From Phoronis australis (Eukaryota > Animalia > Phoronida): DNA of 64,000 nt. Location of the stretch: the NCBI GenBank assembly GCA_002633005.1, contig NMRA01000085.1, positions 62,001-126,000 on the forward strand. The letters run 5' to 3'. Positions 38,536-52,700 of the stretch are shown here, piece after piece. The translations under genes were made by a program, and so were the position numbers. The notes beneath the pieces were generated by a model. That model searched no databases, was not told the DNA's origin, and saw only the letters and a program-made list of their open reading frames with translations. Each line of letters starts with the position of its first letter. Position 1 is the first letter of the stretch.

Positions 38536-40466
38536 GCTTGCAACCGGAACCGATTCGTAGCGGAAGTTCACGCGGGAGGTCGTGACCTCTGGTGGACGAA
38601 GAAATGCTATTGTCCTAAGCATGTGGCACTACCTATCGGCCACTTACAGATACAAAAAAGTCTCTGAGTCCTAAAATATCCCCGTTTTAATTCTCAAACC
38701 ATGCCTTGTAGTTTGGGCATTGACAAACATCAAGGAATAGCAATGTGCCATAGAATTTTACAGGATAGGTCAAACTTGCCAATATTGCTTGGCTTTATTC
38801 TTCCAATCACAGTTTTGATGGTAGAATCAGTACTTTCCGAAAAGTGATCAATTATATTTCTGTGAAGAGTTATTAACATCGACATTCAAGTATAAAGTGC
38901 ATCTTATTTATTTTAAAGTGAAAATTTAGTGGATTCATGATTTCTAAACTGGTACGAGTGAACACAGACGATTTTATGAAAGATTTTTCCGATTTGCATT
39001 TGGGGCTTCTGTATTATGAGCGTTTTCCCCAAAGTTTAAACACCGAAAAACACATTTAGGAACGGATGCCTACCTTTTAATGCCACATGTTGAATTCCAG
39101 TGGATACATTAATGAGATTTATTTCAATGTTGGGAGTATAAAATGACCAGTATAGTCGAAAGAACCTCCTCCTTTAGCTTGGTCTCAAGCAGTGACGACC
39201 TGCCAGTGTTCAGTTTCCAAGCCCAGAAATCAATTTTTTCTGACAAAGAAAGTCGAGAACAGATCGTTAACGGAAAGTACTTAAATCGTTTTTTTTGCAA
39301 GAAGCAGACTAAAGAACATTTAAGCTGGGCGCAGTATTGGTTTTAATTGGACTCTGAATATTCATCAGCTGGAGTTGTTGCGATTACAACTGAAACTAGA
39401 TGAAGGTCTACGTGTGGCCATAGTCGTTCACAAGTTTGACATAATTATATATACAGTGTATATATTTGCAATATTTTTTTTGTGGCCAGAAATCGTATTT
39501 TTCTGCCTATGAAGTAAATTCATCTAGATTACTGCGATTGACATGCAGTTACCCAAGTTTGCAAAATGAAAAATTTACTCTGTGGTCAAATTGAGAAATT
39601 ACTAAGCTTCAAACAATAAATTCTCAACTGAATAGTCCTATTCGGCTAAAGTTTTTCCAGTCTTTCTTTGTATTTTCAAATCATGACTGTGCAGTGAGCT
39701 CAGGTCGGTCACTGTAATCCTGTAGTCAGACTTGGTTGCAATTTCTCACGTAAGATGTGTATTACGTCAAGAACACCACCCTACGTCATGTCGATTAGGT
39801 TTTCCTGCTTTGTATGGAAATAGACAGTATTTCGCGGTGCTTGGTTGGTAACCCACAATTAACAATAACACATGTCGTGATTGTTAGTAATTATCACACA
39901 TTTGTTGTCAATGAGTGATTACGTGTGCGCAACCGTTATAATGCGGCATGTTTGACACCATACACGCGTATGTTTAGCAACATGCTTTCCTTTACACAAA
40001 TATGTTAACACATGTGAACCTGCTAAGACCGCGCACCTGTTTATGGAATAAGGCGCTTTTTTCGAAAATGTTTAGCATCGGTTATTTCGACATAACTTCA
40101 CGTGTTATAAAGTGGGCCTAGGTACGCCAATATGTGGTACACATCATGAGTGCGGATATACCCAAATTACTATACTTAAGTGGAATTTGGTACAAGATAT
40201 ATATACAATACATTACGGCATGAATACAGAGAAGAAGATAGGAAATACAAAACGCGAACCGGTTTAACAAAAAGCACAAAAAAGCGTGCGTTTTGCTTTT
40301 TTTGCGATACCATGCAGGAGGTATACATATTGTTGACCCGCTGTTCCCTTGTTTAGTATGACGTAATTTTGACGTTTTGGACCCAGTCAAATAAAATAAG
40401 AATACCAAAATTGAAAACGAATAGATGTTGGAATGCCGTGCAGTTACCGACGAATAAAAATGTAAA

Positions 40467-40715
40467 ATAGTAAAACTAGTAAATTTAAAACGACGAGCGT
40501 CGGTACTAAAATATATTAAAATATCCCCCAGGTTTCAAGCGATGCGCTCTTTGTCAACGGCGTGCTACAAGCTGCTGAATACGTGTGATCCATCTACATG
40601 TACTCAGCAGTTTGTAGCACAACGTTGACAAACAGCACATCGCTCGAAACGTGGGGGATATTTTAATATATTTTAGTACCGACGTTCGTCGTTTTAGTTT
40701 TACTAGTTTTACTAT
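40467..40715. mobile_element. ~250-bp near-perfect palindrome (fold-back MITE)
   Basis: Arms of ~115 bp: ATAGTAAAACTAGTAAA...GGTACTAAAATATATTAAAATATCCCCCA...GCTGCTGA versus TCAGCAG...TGGGGGATATTTTAATATATTTTAGTACC...TTTACTAGTTTTACTAT. Confidence 0.85.
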
Positions 40716-43700
40716 CAAAATTAAAAACAATAACATTAATATGGCCGGATTTACGTAGCGCTGCAAATTACTAAACAGTTCGAAAATTATTTCCTGGCCA
40801 TGGATCCCGTCAATGTTAATCTTTAAGTCCTCGGCAGCACACGATGGGTGCAACCGTTATCGGAGAACACTGATTTATCTAAAAACAAAATTTTGTAAGA
40901 ATTCCAAGAGCTAAAGTGTCCCCGTGGTTTCCTGAACCGGAAAAATCCAAGACCTGTAAAATTCCTATTTTTGGGTCTAAATGGCGTCATGATCGGTAGT
41001 GACTAAACATCCGAATATCATCCACTGTGAAGGTTGGGTTGCTTATGAGATGGATGCACCCGAAAATGCGAAGAACGGACGAAACGCTGTATAGTAGAGA
41101 CGGCGTTGTATAAGCAGCATCATTGTTTCCAGTTTTTAACACGTCATCAAAGCTTTCAGTGATTATCGGCTTTTGAAGTGGACATCGTTACGTAACAGTT
41201 GTGTCCTATGAGGGTCGAATCACACATTTCGGGAACTGAATTCTTTAAGTGAAATTAATTAGTTTTCTAGTTTTTCGTGGGGCGTTGATCTTTACGACCA
41301 TGACGGCATAGTGAACAAAAATAAGTTTGACACGGGACACGACAATAACGTTCAGCAACGCCATCTGAGGTGGCAAAATAAAAGGGTCCATCCTTCCCAC
41401 CATAACTTTCTTCCGTTCCATTTCTTGCCCATCATTTTCCTTTTTGGGTCTGCCCATCCTGTCTTGAGGTACGTCATTCTCCGTTTCTCCCATCGACAGT
41501 CTGATTCTCACATTGGATGGTAAAGCCCGATACATGGTCGGCGGCTGAGGTTATTTTTATTGGTAGTTTAAAAACCCTATAAACTACGCTCAAGAGTCAC
41601 AAACATCAATTTTGATCACAGGCGTATTTGCTTCCAAAGCGACCTCCTCGTTTCTTATCGAGTGCATACCGAAATTGGTTACAATAAATCGATTAAAATT
41701 CCCCAAGCAGTCATAATGCCCTGCTGTGTCCAGAAATTTAGTGGACCTACTTTAGTTTGAAATAATTCTACTCAAGGCGCGCAACCATTTCTAATTTGAA
41801 CGAGGAATAACACAGGACCTGTTTTGTATGCGTAAGTGGTCTAAATCAAAACTTGTTTGTTTTGTCAGAACGCACGGCTTTCATTGATTGCCCCTTTAAT
41901 GAATAACTATCATTAATTCCTGAAGGTCCCCTGAGCGCGCTGTTTATTTGTTTCCAAGTTACGCATTGACTGCGGGCAAATGCGGGTTGCTGGCGGTTGA
42001 TCGAAGTCACGCCCCCTGTCTTGAAATTGTGAAGTTAAAACCAAATAAACATCTTTACGCGCTTTTAAAAAGCGGCAATGAACTCCACCTCCATCACAAA
42101 AAAACAACTTTTGTTTCAGACTACTTACTACTATAAAACTGATTTGAAATTGATCCGGCTTAGTCAAAAACGACGATGTGATATTTAGTCTAGCAAAGAA
42201 CTGGCTTTGGTAACTCGTCATGGCATGTGGTGTTATTCCCTAAGCATGGTCTCGAGGAATTATATAGCGAATTGCCAGGCCAAAAATTACTTCTCATCAG
42301 AATAAAAGTTTAAGTTGAGACCAATTTTATAGCGGTAAGTGGTCTAAATCTAAAGTTGATTTCTTCGAACTGGAATTTATGACATGAAATCAAGTTAAAG
42401 TACACTATACGAAAATTTGAAATGTTTCCATCTTGATCATACACTGTGAGGCTAGGACTTTAATGGGGTGGCCGGACCCAGAAAGAGAGAAACAGTTAGA
42501 CCCCTGAAAATGGGATGAATGGAGTTGTGATGGGAAATACGAACCACTAATTTAGAGTTTGAACGCTGTGCTATGCGCCATCAAACAACACCACCCCCTC
42601 TTACAAAACCACGAGTCCCATTTCTCGTTCGCTCATCGCACTTTTGGATCAGTAATGTGCAACCGTAGTTGGTGTTTCACCGTGCAGAGGATGATCATAC
42701 TTCGTTTTGAAAGACTTATATTCCGGCGTGGCTCAAAACAGTTTTTATGTGGTTTGCAGACCTATAATTTTGAAATATTTTTTTTTTGTTTTGGCATATT
42801 CTACCAAACCATAAAATAACAAGACTCCAAAAGCAGCAGGATGGCTCAACTACAAGAGCGCATACGAAGAAATCCGTTTGAAGGTTATGACTGCTTTCTT
42901 TGTGTCCCGGGTACGAATGCACTTGTATTGTAGTGTGTATCGCTCTACATAGACCTGTTGTGGAAACGCGGGAAAATTGTCAACCAAAAATACACGCTCT
43001 TTGAAACCTGCATTGGTGCTTGACTTCAAATGGCCGATTTAAGTTAAGAAAGGAATAAAAAATCTCCTCCTCAAATGACGGAGAGTCAGCGTTAGCCTAC
43101 ATTTGGCAATGATAGACAAGCCACGGGGAAGCTTAGCTGCATATCCAGCCGCCTCTATGTTCAGAAAGGTTTTGCCGCCAGAAAAATATAGGTGGAAATT
43201 AGCCTTAACTAAAACCCACACAACGCAGCGCAACATACACATTCTTCATCAAAAATGAAATCCCACGCATAAATTACCAAACACTGTTTAGAGGGTATAG
43301 AACGTGAATAATAAATTTCAAGGATGAATGAACCTGGCCTATTCAACAAATGGTTGTGATTTTGGTGAGTAAATTGTCTCATGCGGATGAACAAATAGTC
43401 CAAAACCATTATAATCAAAAACATGCAAACCAGGTTAATTAAAAAACATGTCCCTCATCATGGTAGTTCGAGTCCCTATAACCGAAAACTCTTTGTCCCG
43501 AATTAGTTTAGAGTACTTAGGGAACTTTTAAAAACTTGTTTATCTCTCCGAGCAGGTGTCGCGGATGAATTTCTTCCCGTACAGTACTGACTTTTTGTTC
43601 AGTTGTGAAGGAGCACGCAGACGAGAATTGCGGTTACTCTAAACGGAGTTTACTGAAGTTTTTGGAGTTTGATCGCAGACATGTTACAATGACTTTAAAG

Positions 43701-43740
43701 ACAAGAACTGGATATTGCTTCCTGTAATTTTTGGAGTACA

Positions 43741-46700
43741 ATGATGGGGTGGTGTTCACGGATTTTAACAGTTTTGTGGCTGTTTCTGCTCACCCAGTCA
43801 CTGAATGGTTTGTAGTATTGTATTGAGCTCAACTTATCTCAAATTTCATCGAGGAATGCGTCCAACAGTTTCATTAGTGTTTCCTAATTTGATGTGTTGT
43901 CGAATTGAGAAGCATGATCGATGCTTCAAGACCAGATTTATTTGATCAAAGATAACATGAATAAGAGTTGATCGAGTTGGCAACAACTGTCTTGATTCCC
44001 ACGCCAAGATTTTATGTTGTGTCGCGACTTCTGGGCCAAGTCGTCTCTTTGTTTGACCGGTTCAGTCTGACAAGGAGGTGCTTTTAAAACATCTGCGAAA
44101 GTGCGTTAAAACTTGATAAACCACTTGTGGTACTAATGGAGTTTGGGACTGCCTCCTCTCATGGGATTGATGGATAAATATTTAGTTAAATGGCAAACAT
44201 AGGTCATAGAGGCTTAGGAAATATGCAACCTGCCTTTGATCATTCCGTTTCTCATTTAAATCTCTCCCAGTGTTCCGTTTTGTTTCCTAACAATTTTCAG
44301 GATTTTTTTAATGAGAATGCACATTTTAATCAACTTGGAAATGATAATGCAACCTCAGGTGTTGCTTACAGTAATTGGCAGTATTTGTGTATTGTGAGTT
44401 TAAGAAATTAACATTTTATGTTTATTTCTCATGAACCTGTTTTATAACAAGGCATAAATAAGGCATTATGAAAATGGTAGTGGTGATTTCAAGTCCATTA
44501 GGTCTGAAAATTATTCCTGTAATGGTCTTTCTAAAAGAGCTATAAAAATCCTTGAGTATAAAATTTTTATTGACGCTCCTTACTGGCTAAATACAGTGAT
44601 ATGATTTATTGTAAATATGTGTTGCCACTGCTCCTTTTTGTGAAAAGTGGTATTGAAGAGATGTAGGCTGGTGGCCTGTTGCCTTTTGCGATGCACCAGG
44701 CCTGCTTTGTCCACATGGCTGGGCCCATTGCACTGATCACCTCATTGTATCTCGTGTCGAGCCCACAACATGGAGTTCATCATACGGGAAGTCTTTCAAT
44801 CTACCTGTTTTATCAGGAAATTTGAAAAAAGCGTTATCTTGTGGGATTTGATGAGTTCCTCCAGGTAGGTTATGTGACCGTTGAGTGGAAGGCTGTAAAG
44901 ACGTTTATCGACAGGGCAAATCAATATTGGGCTAATTATGAAATGTGACAAAATTCATCAAATACATTGTTGTTTGTATGATGTTGAAAAAAGTTACATA
45001 AGAAAAATAGCATTTTTTATATGGATTATATGTTTTTTGAAAAGCGTTGCCTTTCTGAGGAATAAACCATACATCAGTTCCCTATTATTACATACTTAAA
45101 TGTCTTTCCTATATGTGGCGTTCTCTAAATTATGCCCTCATTTGAATGTCTCACAGTTAGCACAAATTCCGTGCAGTGCTTTGATAGTTTTTAAATGTGC
45201 ACATTTGCTTGAAACTGTGAAAGATAACCATACCTAGCTGCAACATATTGAAACATATACCTAGCTGCAACATACTGAAACACCCTGTCGAGTTACCCTA
45301 TATGCATCAGATATTAAAACAATTCGCTATGTAATGTTGCAAACTGTTCACAATGAAAGAAATAAGATCTTGTCTTTGTCTTCTCAGCTAGTCTTGTAAA
45401 CCACCAATACCAGAATTTTGAAATTGGGTCAAGAAAAGTCATTTTTATAGTTTCACAATTCTAGAGGGTTGATTTTTTTACGGATACTGAAAATCATTGC
45501 GCGCGCATCCAAGAGCAGAAAATGTCATGCACGGTGAACGTCTGCTTGGTACGTGATTTTGAATAAACGCTTCCAGTTTTCTCAGAATTTCTGACTTTGA
45601 AATGCCACTTAAGTGTAGTTATCGTAGATTCCATGCTTATGCCAGTTGACAGCGCTGCTTCGTATGACTGGCTATTGACCAATATCCCACAATTCTTTGT
45701 GTACACGATTTCTCTCACTCTCCTTGAAGTGGTAAATGGTGGCTACTGGAATCCAGGCTTCATATCAGTTCACGATCTATTATGTGGCGTGATATAATGT
45801 TTTGATAGCTGACTTGCATACCCTGTTGTCTTTGGACATGAAATTGTTTTTTGGGGAAACAGAAATAGATAAGCAGATCTACTACACGGTTAGCAGAATT
45901 GCTGTGTTTTGGTGAATTTTATTCCTTTTTTGTTTTGACAGTTATTATCGTTTTTTCGTGAACAGGAACCAATGTCAGATTTGTTGTTGTTGTTTGAGTG
46001 AAAGCTGCGTGTGTTTTGGTATGAATATCTTCGGAAGAAAATCCTGCTTGAAGTGCCTTTTTGTTTAAATGGTTAGCCTTCCTTAACGAACATACTTTTG
46101 ATTTTGGGTTCTTAAACTGAACTTTAGGAATCTGGTTATAACTTGTGCCTTGCTCAGATTGGTAGTGATTCCTAGTGATGACTAAAGCGCCACTTACAAA
46201 ACGAGTTATCCTAGAACAAGTTATTCGTGGAACGCGTTGTCGCTAGATTTATTTTATCTGTGGTGTGGATGTAATGTGGTAACTTGACAACTTACCCCAT
46301 CTTACCAAGGTGGGGTAACTTGTTCTGGGTTAACTTGTCCCAGCAACAAGCGTTAGTGTGGATGCAAACCTGTAGACGAGGTGGAAGTAATTGCCAGCTG
46401 CGCATTTGCTCAGTTGCACAATTAGGGGTGCCCAACCTTTCTGCACCTTGGCAAGGTGTACGCTTGGCTTAACAGGAGCAAGTTGCTCTTGGTGAGTCAT
46501 TGTTGGGTATGAGTAGCTCGTAGTGTGGGCACGACGTGATTTTTTCACTGCTTCAGATGAGGCTGGATAAGCTGGCTTGAAACGACAGATCGTGTTATGT
46601 ACACCGTAGTCTCATGCACTGCCACACTGTACTTCCATGCGTCAGAAATAATTCCTAATCTGTGTACAAAGCAAGACGTGACCAATTTTAGTATAAATCA

Positions 46701-49700
46701 AAATTTACTGAGCTTTGATGGGGAAGGCAATTTTATTCGTCCGCTTTTGTAATTATTTGATCACGTTCCGTATTTGTCCTAGTCACTGTGTTACCGCATG
46801 TCAATCACTTGTAGAACTGATTTTTTCAAAATATTTTGCTGTGCAATCTCGTCAAACCACAACTTGAATGTGTTATTAATTAACTGTAATTATGGCAAAT
46901 TTCTAAAATTGCAGGAAAATATGACCTAGAGAGACCCTGGTTCCCTGTTTTCAAATACAGAGAAACGTAAAATTCCGTGGTTTTTTGGTTTTGTAAATTA
47001 GTAAATTACATTTTAAACACTGTTTTAAGTCATAAATGACATGAATGAAAATATGAATTTATTTGCATTATTTGCTAATTTGAACGTATTTTCTTCAATT
47101 GATTTGCAACAAGAACTGTTTAATATGCTGGGTTATATAGATCTTAATTTTTGGCAATTAAAAACCAAAAATATTTGAATTATGGCACAGTAATTCTTCA
47201 CACGGAAACGTTAAATTTTGTTTTTTCAAATTTCTCAACATAAATCAAAATTACAACAAAATTTCAGTCATATTATGACCTAGGCTTGAAGTCTGTAGAC
47301 GTCATCAAACACTTTTTTCAACATCTTTCCAAGGCTCCAAATAATGGAAAATTTACCAAAAGTAGCTTGATTATGTCCTCACTGAACAAACCATGCTTGT
47401 AATAGACGAAAATGTTCTAATCTTTACTTTTGTGGAGAAATTTGTCGGTCATGTTTTGTGCTAAATAGTGAAGACTTGCCGTATTTAAAGGTACATCTTT
47501 ATGGACCAGTTGTTTCACAAAGCACTTCCGGGTCTGACTGGACCCAAAGGACCAGATATATAATGTAAGATTTACGTTAATGTAATTTATTATTCACGAT
47601 CTGTGATTGTTTTCCTGTCCCTGGTGACTATTTTCAGTATTAGAAGCACAAATCAGTGTTGAATTGTGAACGAGCTCAGGGCTGTCATGTCTAGAAACCA
47701 TGGTTTTTCGCTTAGAAAGTGACAAACCCGCTCCGGAAATTCTAAGCTTTATTTTTCTGTTGTATGTTGACTGTGATGGTCTTACTGGATTTTTCATGTC
47801 ATTTTTTCTGGGTTTACCGAAACTGAAACTGTCACAACGGCATTTTCGGAGAGAAGACAACCCGTTAAACACAGAAATCTGTTCCGAGTTCGTTCTTAAG
47901 CATCATTAACAATTTACCCATGAATTTTGTTAACTTTTTCCTTGTCAAATTGTTTGAGTAATCTGATCTTTAGGATATGTTTCATTTAATTACGAAATGA
48001 AGTTTAACCGTTGTACACAATTTGGCTTCTAATACCCGTGTTCAGTTATGTGCCTCCATCTTACAGTTACTGCAGCCCCTATTTCATGTTGTTTTGTACC
48101 AAAACATATTTAGCGTTTCGGAAGCGAGTATTCACATAACTCAAGTGGACGGTTGGGGTAAATGGTACCCTAGTCTAGTCTCATTGAAACGTTTCTTTTT
48201 GTAGATAAATGTGACAGTAAAATTATTCAACACCCATGTTGTTAGGGTGTCACACAGTCAAATGGATAAAAAATTACTGTAATCTAGTCTGATAAGTGAA
48301 AAGTCCTTCAGATGACGCAGTCTCATTTGCTGAAAGGTCTACTGTACTTATAACTGTTCTGTTAATGTTATTGAGCTCCTTAATTGTCTGGTTCTGAAGT
48401 AAGTCGTTTTTTTTTTGTAAATTACAGACACCCACAATGCTATTACATGTAGCAACTTTCCAAACTCGTGTTTGCGCCTTTGGGATTCAGTTCTCGTAGC
48501 ATAGTGTCCCTCCTTTGACATAAATTGGATTAATCTGCACCCATCAGGTGACTGGTACTTTGAGTTGCAGTGTAGATATCAGAAAGTTAGAAAGCTGTTG
48601 TTTCTTACTTCTCAGCTCAACAAAATGTACTCTGTCCTGGTTAAGAGTAGCACCACAATGTGGTAAATTGTGTGTGACCTTTTGTGTCTGAAACCACAAC
48701 ACATTCTTTTGCCCAGAAATCCCTCCAGCTAGATCAGAGATAAATCACTGAATCCCCTCCCCCAGTAAGCCCTTTGTTAGCACTCTCAGGTTATACAAAC
48801 ACACTGAGATGTGGCCCTATAAATAAACACCAAGCCAGCCTCTCTCCCATGGTTTTCAACTCAGTTTGGTTTACACATAACTAACATTGTTCTCATGCCT
48901 GCTGAGGTAATACTGGCCTCCCAAACCATCTATGTTAGTCCATTGAAGAAGAATGCTTACTGAGTAAGAACTCACGGCAACTCACGGCTGCACTTCCTGG
49001 TAACTGTGGAAATGTTGCGTAGGTTGCATACAAAACTCATCAGTTACGTTTGTTTTTTTACAAGCGTAATCATAGTTTGCTGTCTATTTCTGTGCAGTTG
49101 AGGAATGTTGGTTCTTTTAGTCGAGTTGCTGCTAGGTTTTCAAGTCTTGGTAGTTATTTTTATGAATGAAATTGCTTTGTAAATCTCTGAACTAACTAAC
49201 TAAATATGACCTTAAAATTGTGTCGTTCAACTGTTCTGTCCTTGCAGTGCACACCTGTAAGTACCTCTTTACATTGCACTTGTTTGAAACCATCAAAATG
49301 AACATCCTTAGTTTGTGAGTTAACAAAAGCTAACGTGTAATGATGTTTCAATTTTGGAATGGTAGTAATAATGCTGCCCTCTACTGGCGCCCCTTTGCTC
49401 CTCTCTCTTCAGGGAAGCCCCCCACTGCTAAGGTGACATAGATTTGTCCACTGAGTAAACTCAGCCACATGACCAATGATGACATTTCCACCTGCCATCT
49501 GCCTGGTTCCCATGGTGTGGGTATATGGCCACAACTGCATGATTATTAGATTCCTATTGACTTGTTGGCCAAGCAAAACAAACATGTTAGCTCAGTGGCT
49601 CAGTGTTGAGCAAAGGTAATCACAGATGTTTGTTTCGTGTTCAGTGTTTGTTCTGTATTTGCAATTTTGCACCCTTGTGTTTTTTAAAATAAGCAACTCG

Positions 49701-52700
49701 ATATTCGGTAGGTTGGTAATAAAAGTAGTCCACTTTTCCATACCATTATAGGGTGAGGACAAGCTGAGAAACGTGAACTGTGTTTAGTAGACCCCTATGC
49801 AATAACCATGCACTTCTGGCGAGAATTCGTTGGTTATGGAATGGAAACAGTGAATCTTAGACAACAATTCACAAATTTTAGCCCACAATTCTACATTTCA
49901 ACCTCGCCAACCAATCACAGATAGCCAACCAATCACAGATAGACGACCAATCACAGATAACCAACCAATCACAGACTGATATGACCATTATTTTGAAAAG
50001 TTGCCTACTGAGGTCTTGAACATACTCAGGAAGCACTTGCATACTTGTATTCTTCAGGTATAGCTTAGTTGTACTACTCAGTAAATTTTGAAGTCCTCTG
50101 TGAATGTGTTAGCGGTGGTTAAATTTTGTTTCACTGAATAAAAATACTACAAAACATGTTATTTCAATGGCGAAACTTGGCTATGTTGCAAAATATGTAG
50201 GCCCTAATATGTATAATATGAAATTAGGAAGTTCATGACAATCCACTATCTAGTTATGAATTTACTGAGGTAATAAACTTTCTCCTTCCGTTGAGGTTCA
50301 ACTTTTTACTTAGAACACTGTTATTAAACGCCTCTCATTCTTATTCAGATTGGAAATGATTCTAGGTTTGAGAACAACTTCCAGGTCACTCTGCTTCAGA
50401 TCAGTTCCTTTTATGCTGCTTATTATAAAGGTATAAAGGTCAGTTTCAGTGGTCTGCTGCAGAGTTCCAGGCAATTTATTTCGATTCAAACAAAGGGTGA
50501 GGCATTGGTTTGGAAGGGCAAATATGTCCCTGAAGAAAGTTGATTTTTTAATATGACAGTTAGATTTGTAACTTTGTAGTACTTTGTGTGTTCTGAATCA
50601 GTATTCAGTGGCATAGCATGTCCTGAATTACAACACTTTTAGAGGCCTAGGAAGAACGGGGCTGTGAAGGATTTTTCTCCACAACCATTCATTTGAAATA
50701 GAGTTCATTATTGACCTTTGAAAAAGTCATCAAAAGTTGACCAATATATTCCACCTTGGGTAGGTAAATGGAAACTTGTCTTGATGTACTGTTTTTCTAA
50801 ACAAGAAGAAAGCAAGACATTATTCGTTGTTGACAGAGCTGGCAATAACTCCGTTGCCTCTGTCGAAGTTACAGAGTCCAGATTAAAAGCTGTGTTCACA
50901 TTGCAAGTTGTCCCTGGGCAAATTAACCCATGGAAACTTGTTCCCGTGCCATCTTGATCGCAGATAAATATAAAATCGCTCGTACATTGTTTCAAGAACT
51001 AGTGCTAATAGTTGGAAGGAAATTGGTCCGGGCAGGTGTAAGAGAAAGGTGTGCATTTTGAGGGAAAATATTCAGTCATGAAAATTTTGTAAAAATTCCC
51101 ATATACGTACCTTGCTTCATTTTTGATGAAATGATGTGTGTTTTACAGAATGAACTGTGTGGACTGATGATATTGAAGTAATATTTGCACATTCCCTAAA
51201 AACGACTTGACATTTACTTTGGCAATGGTGATAATAAATATTGCATGAGTTTATAGGCTGGTTGAAAATCTGCACTAAATGTCTGATTTAACGTTAATGG
51301 AATGGCTATGACTGCTGAACTGGAACTCCGTAATCGTACAGGTGATATGTGGGTAAAAGTAGGGTACAATCCACTCTTTGTCTACTTCTATCGTCATCTT
51401 AGCCACCATTTTTTGGTCTCATCCATGTGACACCATTTTTCTACATCGTTATTTTAGTAAGTTAAATGATACACGCACTCATTTGGAGACGTTCCCCAGG
51501 CAAAATTTGAAAAACTAGATGTAATTGGGTGCAGTTTGGTGCATTATACAAGATTACTCATCATAGACAAGACCCTAACCCTAGCATCAGGTAGTGGAAG
51601 TATCTGGGTAAAGGATACTTCGCAAGACAAATTGGCAATGAAGTGTCCGGCATAGTGTGATCTCTGTTGAGACACAGTTGTAAACGCTCTTGAATACAAA
51701 AAGCAGTGTTAAAATTCAATTATCCACGATGTGATGAACGTAAAACAAAAATGTATGAACTTTTTAGATGTAGTAAACTAATTGGTATAACGAAACATCC
51801 GTTCATATCGGCTTGCTAAACATAAATCAGTGATAGTGGATTGGCGTTGGCCGACGTAGCAGACCATGTATAATCCAGTCCATGCAGACGAATCTGAGAC
51901 CGGTTTCCATTCAATATCGTCATTTTGGCGCAGGGCTATGGTTGATTTGTATTTAACGGGGGCACAAGAGCCCATTGTAAAATTATTATTTTTCTTGTTC
52001 GATCCACAAAAAGCGAAAGGTGCTGTGTGCTTGTGCTTATTCATTATTACTAGCGATGATTTTTACTAGCGATGATTTTTACTAGCGATGATTTTTACTA
52101 GCGATGATATTTACTGGCGATTATTTTTACCAGCGATTTTTGCTTGGCGGTGAAGTTTCCCCGTCACGGTTAGGTGTGAGTATGATTTACGAGTGGCGGG
52201 GCCAAAAAGGAGCATGGCGGGTCGCCCAGAAGTTTACACGCAGGGGAAACCCTGCAGATTGTATGTCATAAAAGGGTAAAATTTTGTTAAATTTCTCATC
52301 AAAAATAAAGTTCTATTAAGATTTTTTCTTTGTTTTTCATAAAAATTATGCTAAACATATTTGTCACTAGAAAATTTTAAAATTTTAAAACTTTTTCTAC
52401 AATGCAGTAAGTCAAAAAACGTTTTTATAATTGCCAAGCAATTTTACGTGAATTGAAGAATTTTTACTGTATTACTTTGGCTTAAGGTGAACTGAGGACC
52501 TTCCTAGAAAAGGGTGAATTTTACCAGTGAAGTTTCGTATGAATCCTCACATTTCAACAGAAATAAAAATATAGAAACACAAAGTGTAGAAGTAGTAAGG
52601 AAAATATAGAATGTATTGAAGTCTGTTCTTCATTCATGTTGACCCATAATCCATGCTGACTCGTTATCCGTGCTGACTCGTTATCCATGCTGACTCGTTA

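Noticed and set aside
46292-46318. 12-bp stem hairpin TTACCCCATCTT-ACC-AAGGTGGGGTAA
   Set aside because: Too short for a miRNA precursor, and it sits among repeated TAACTTG motifs typical of a decayed repeat.
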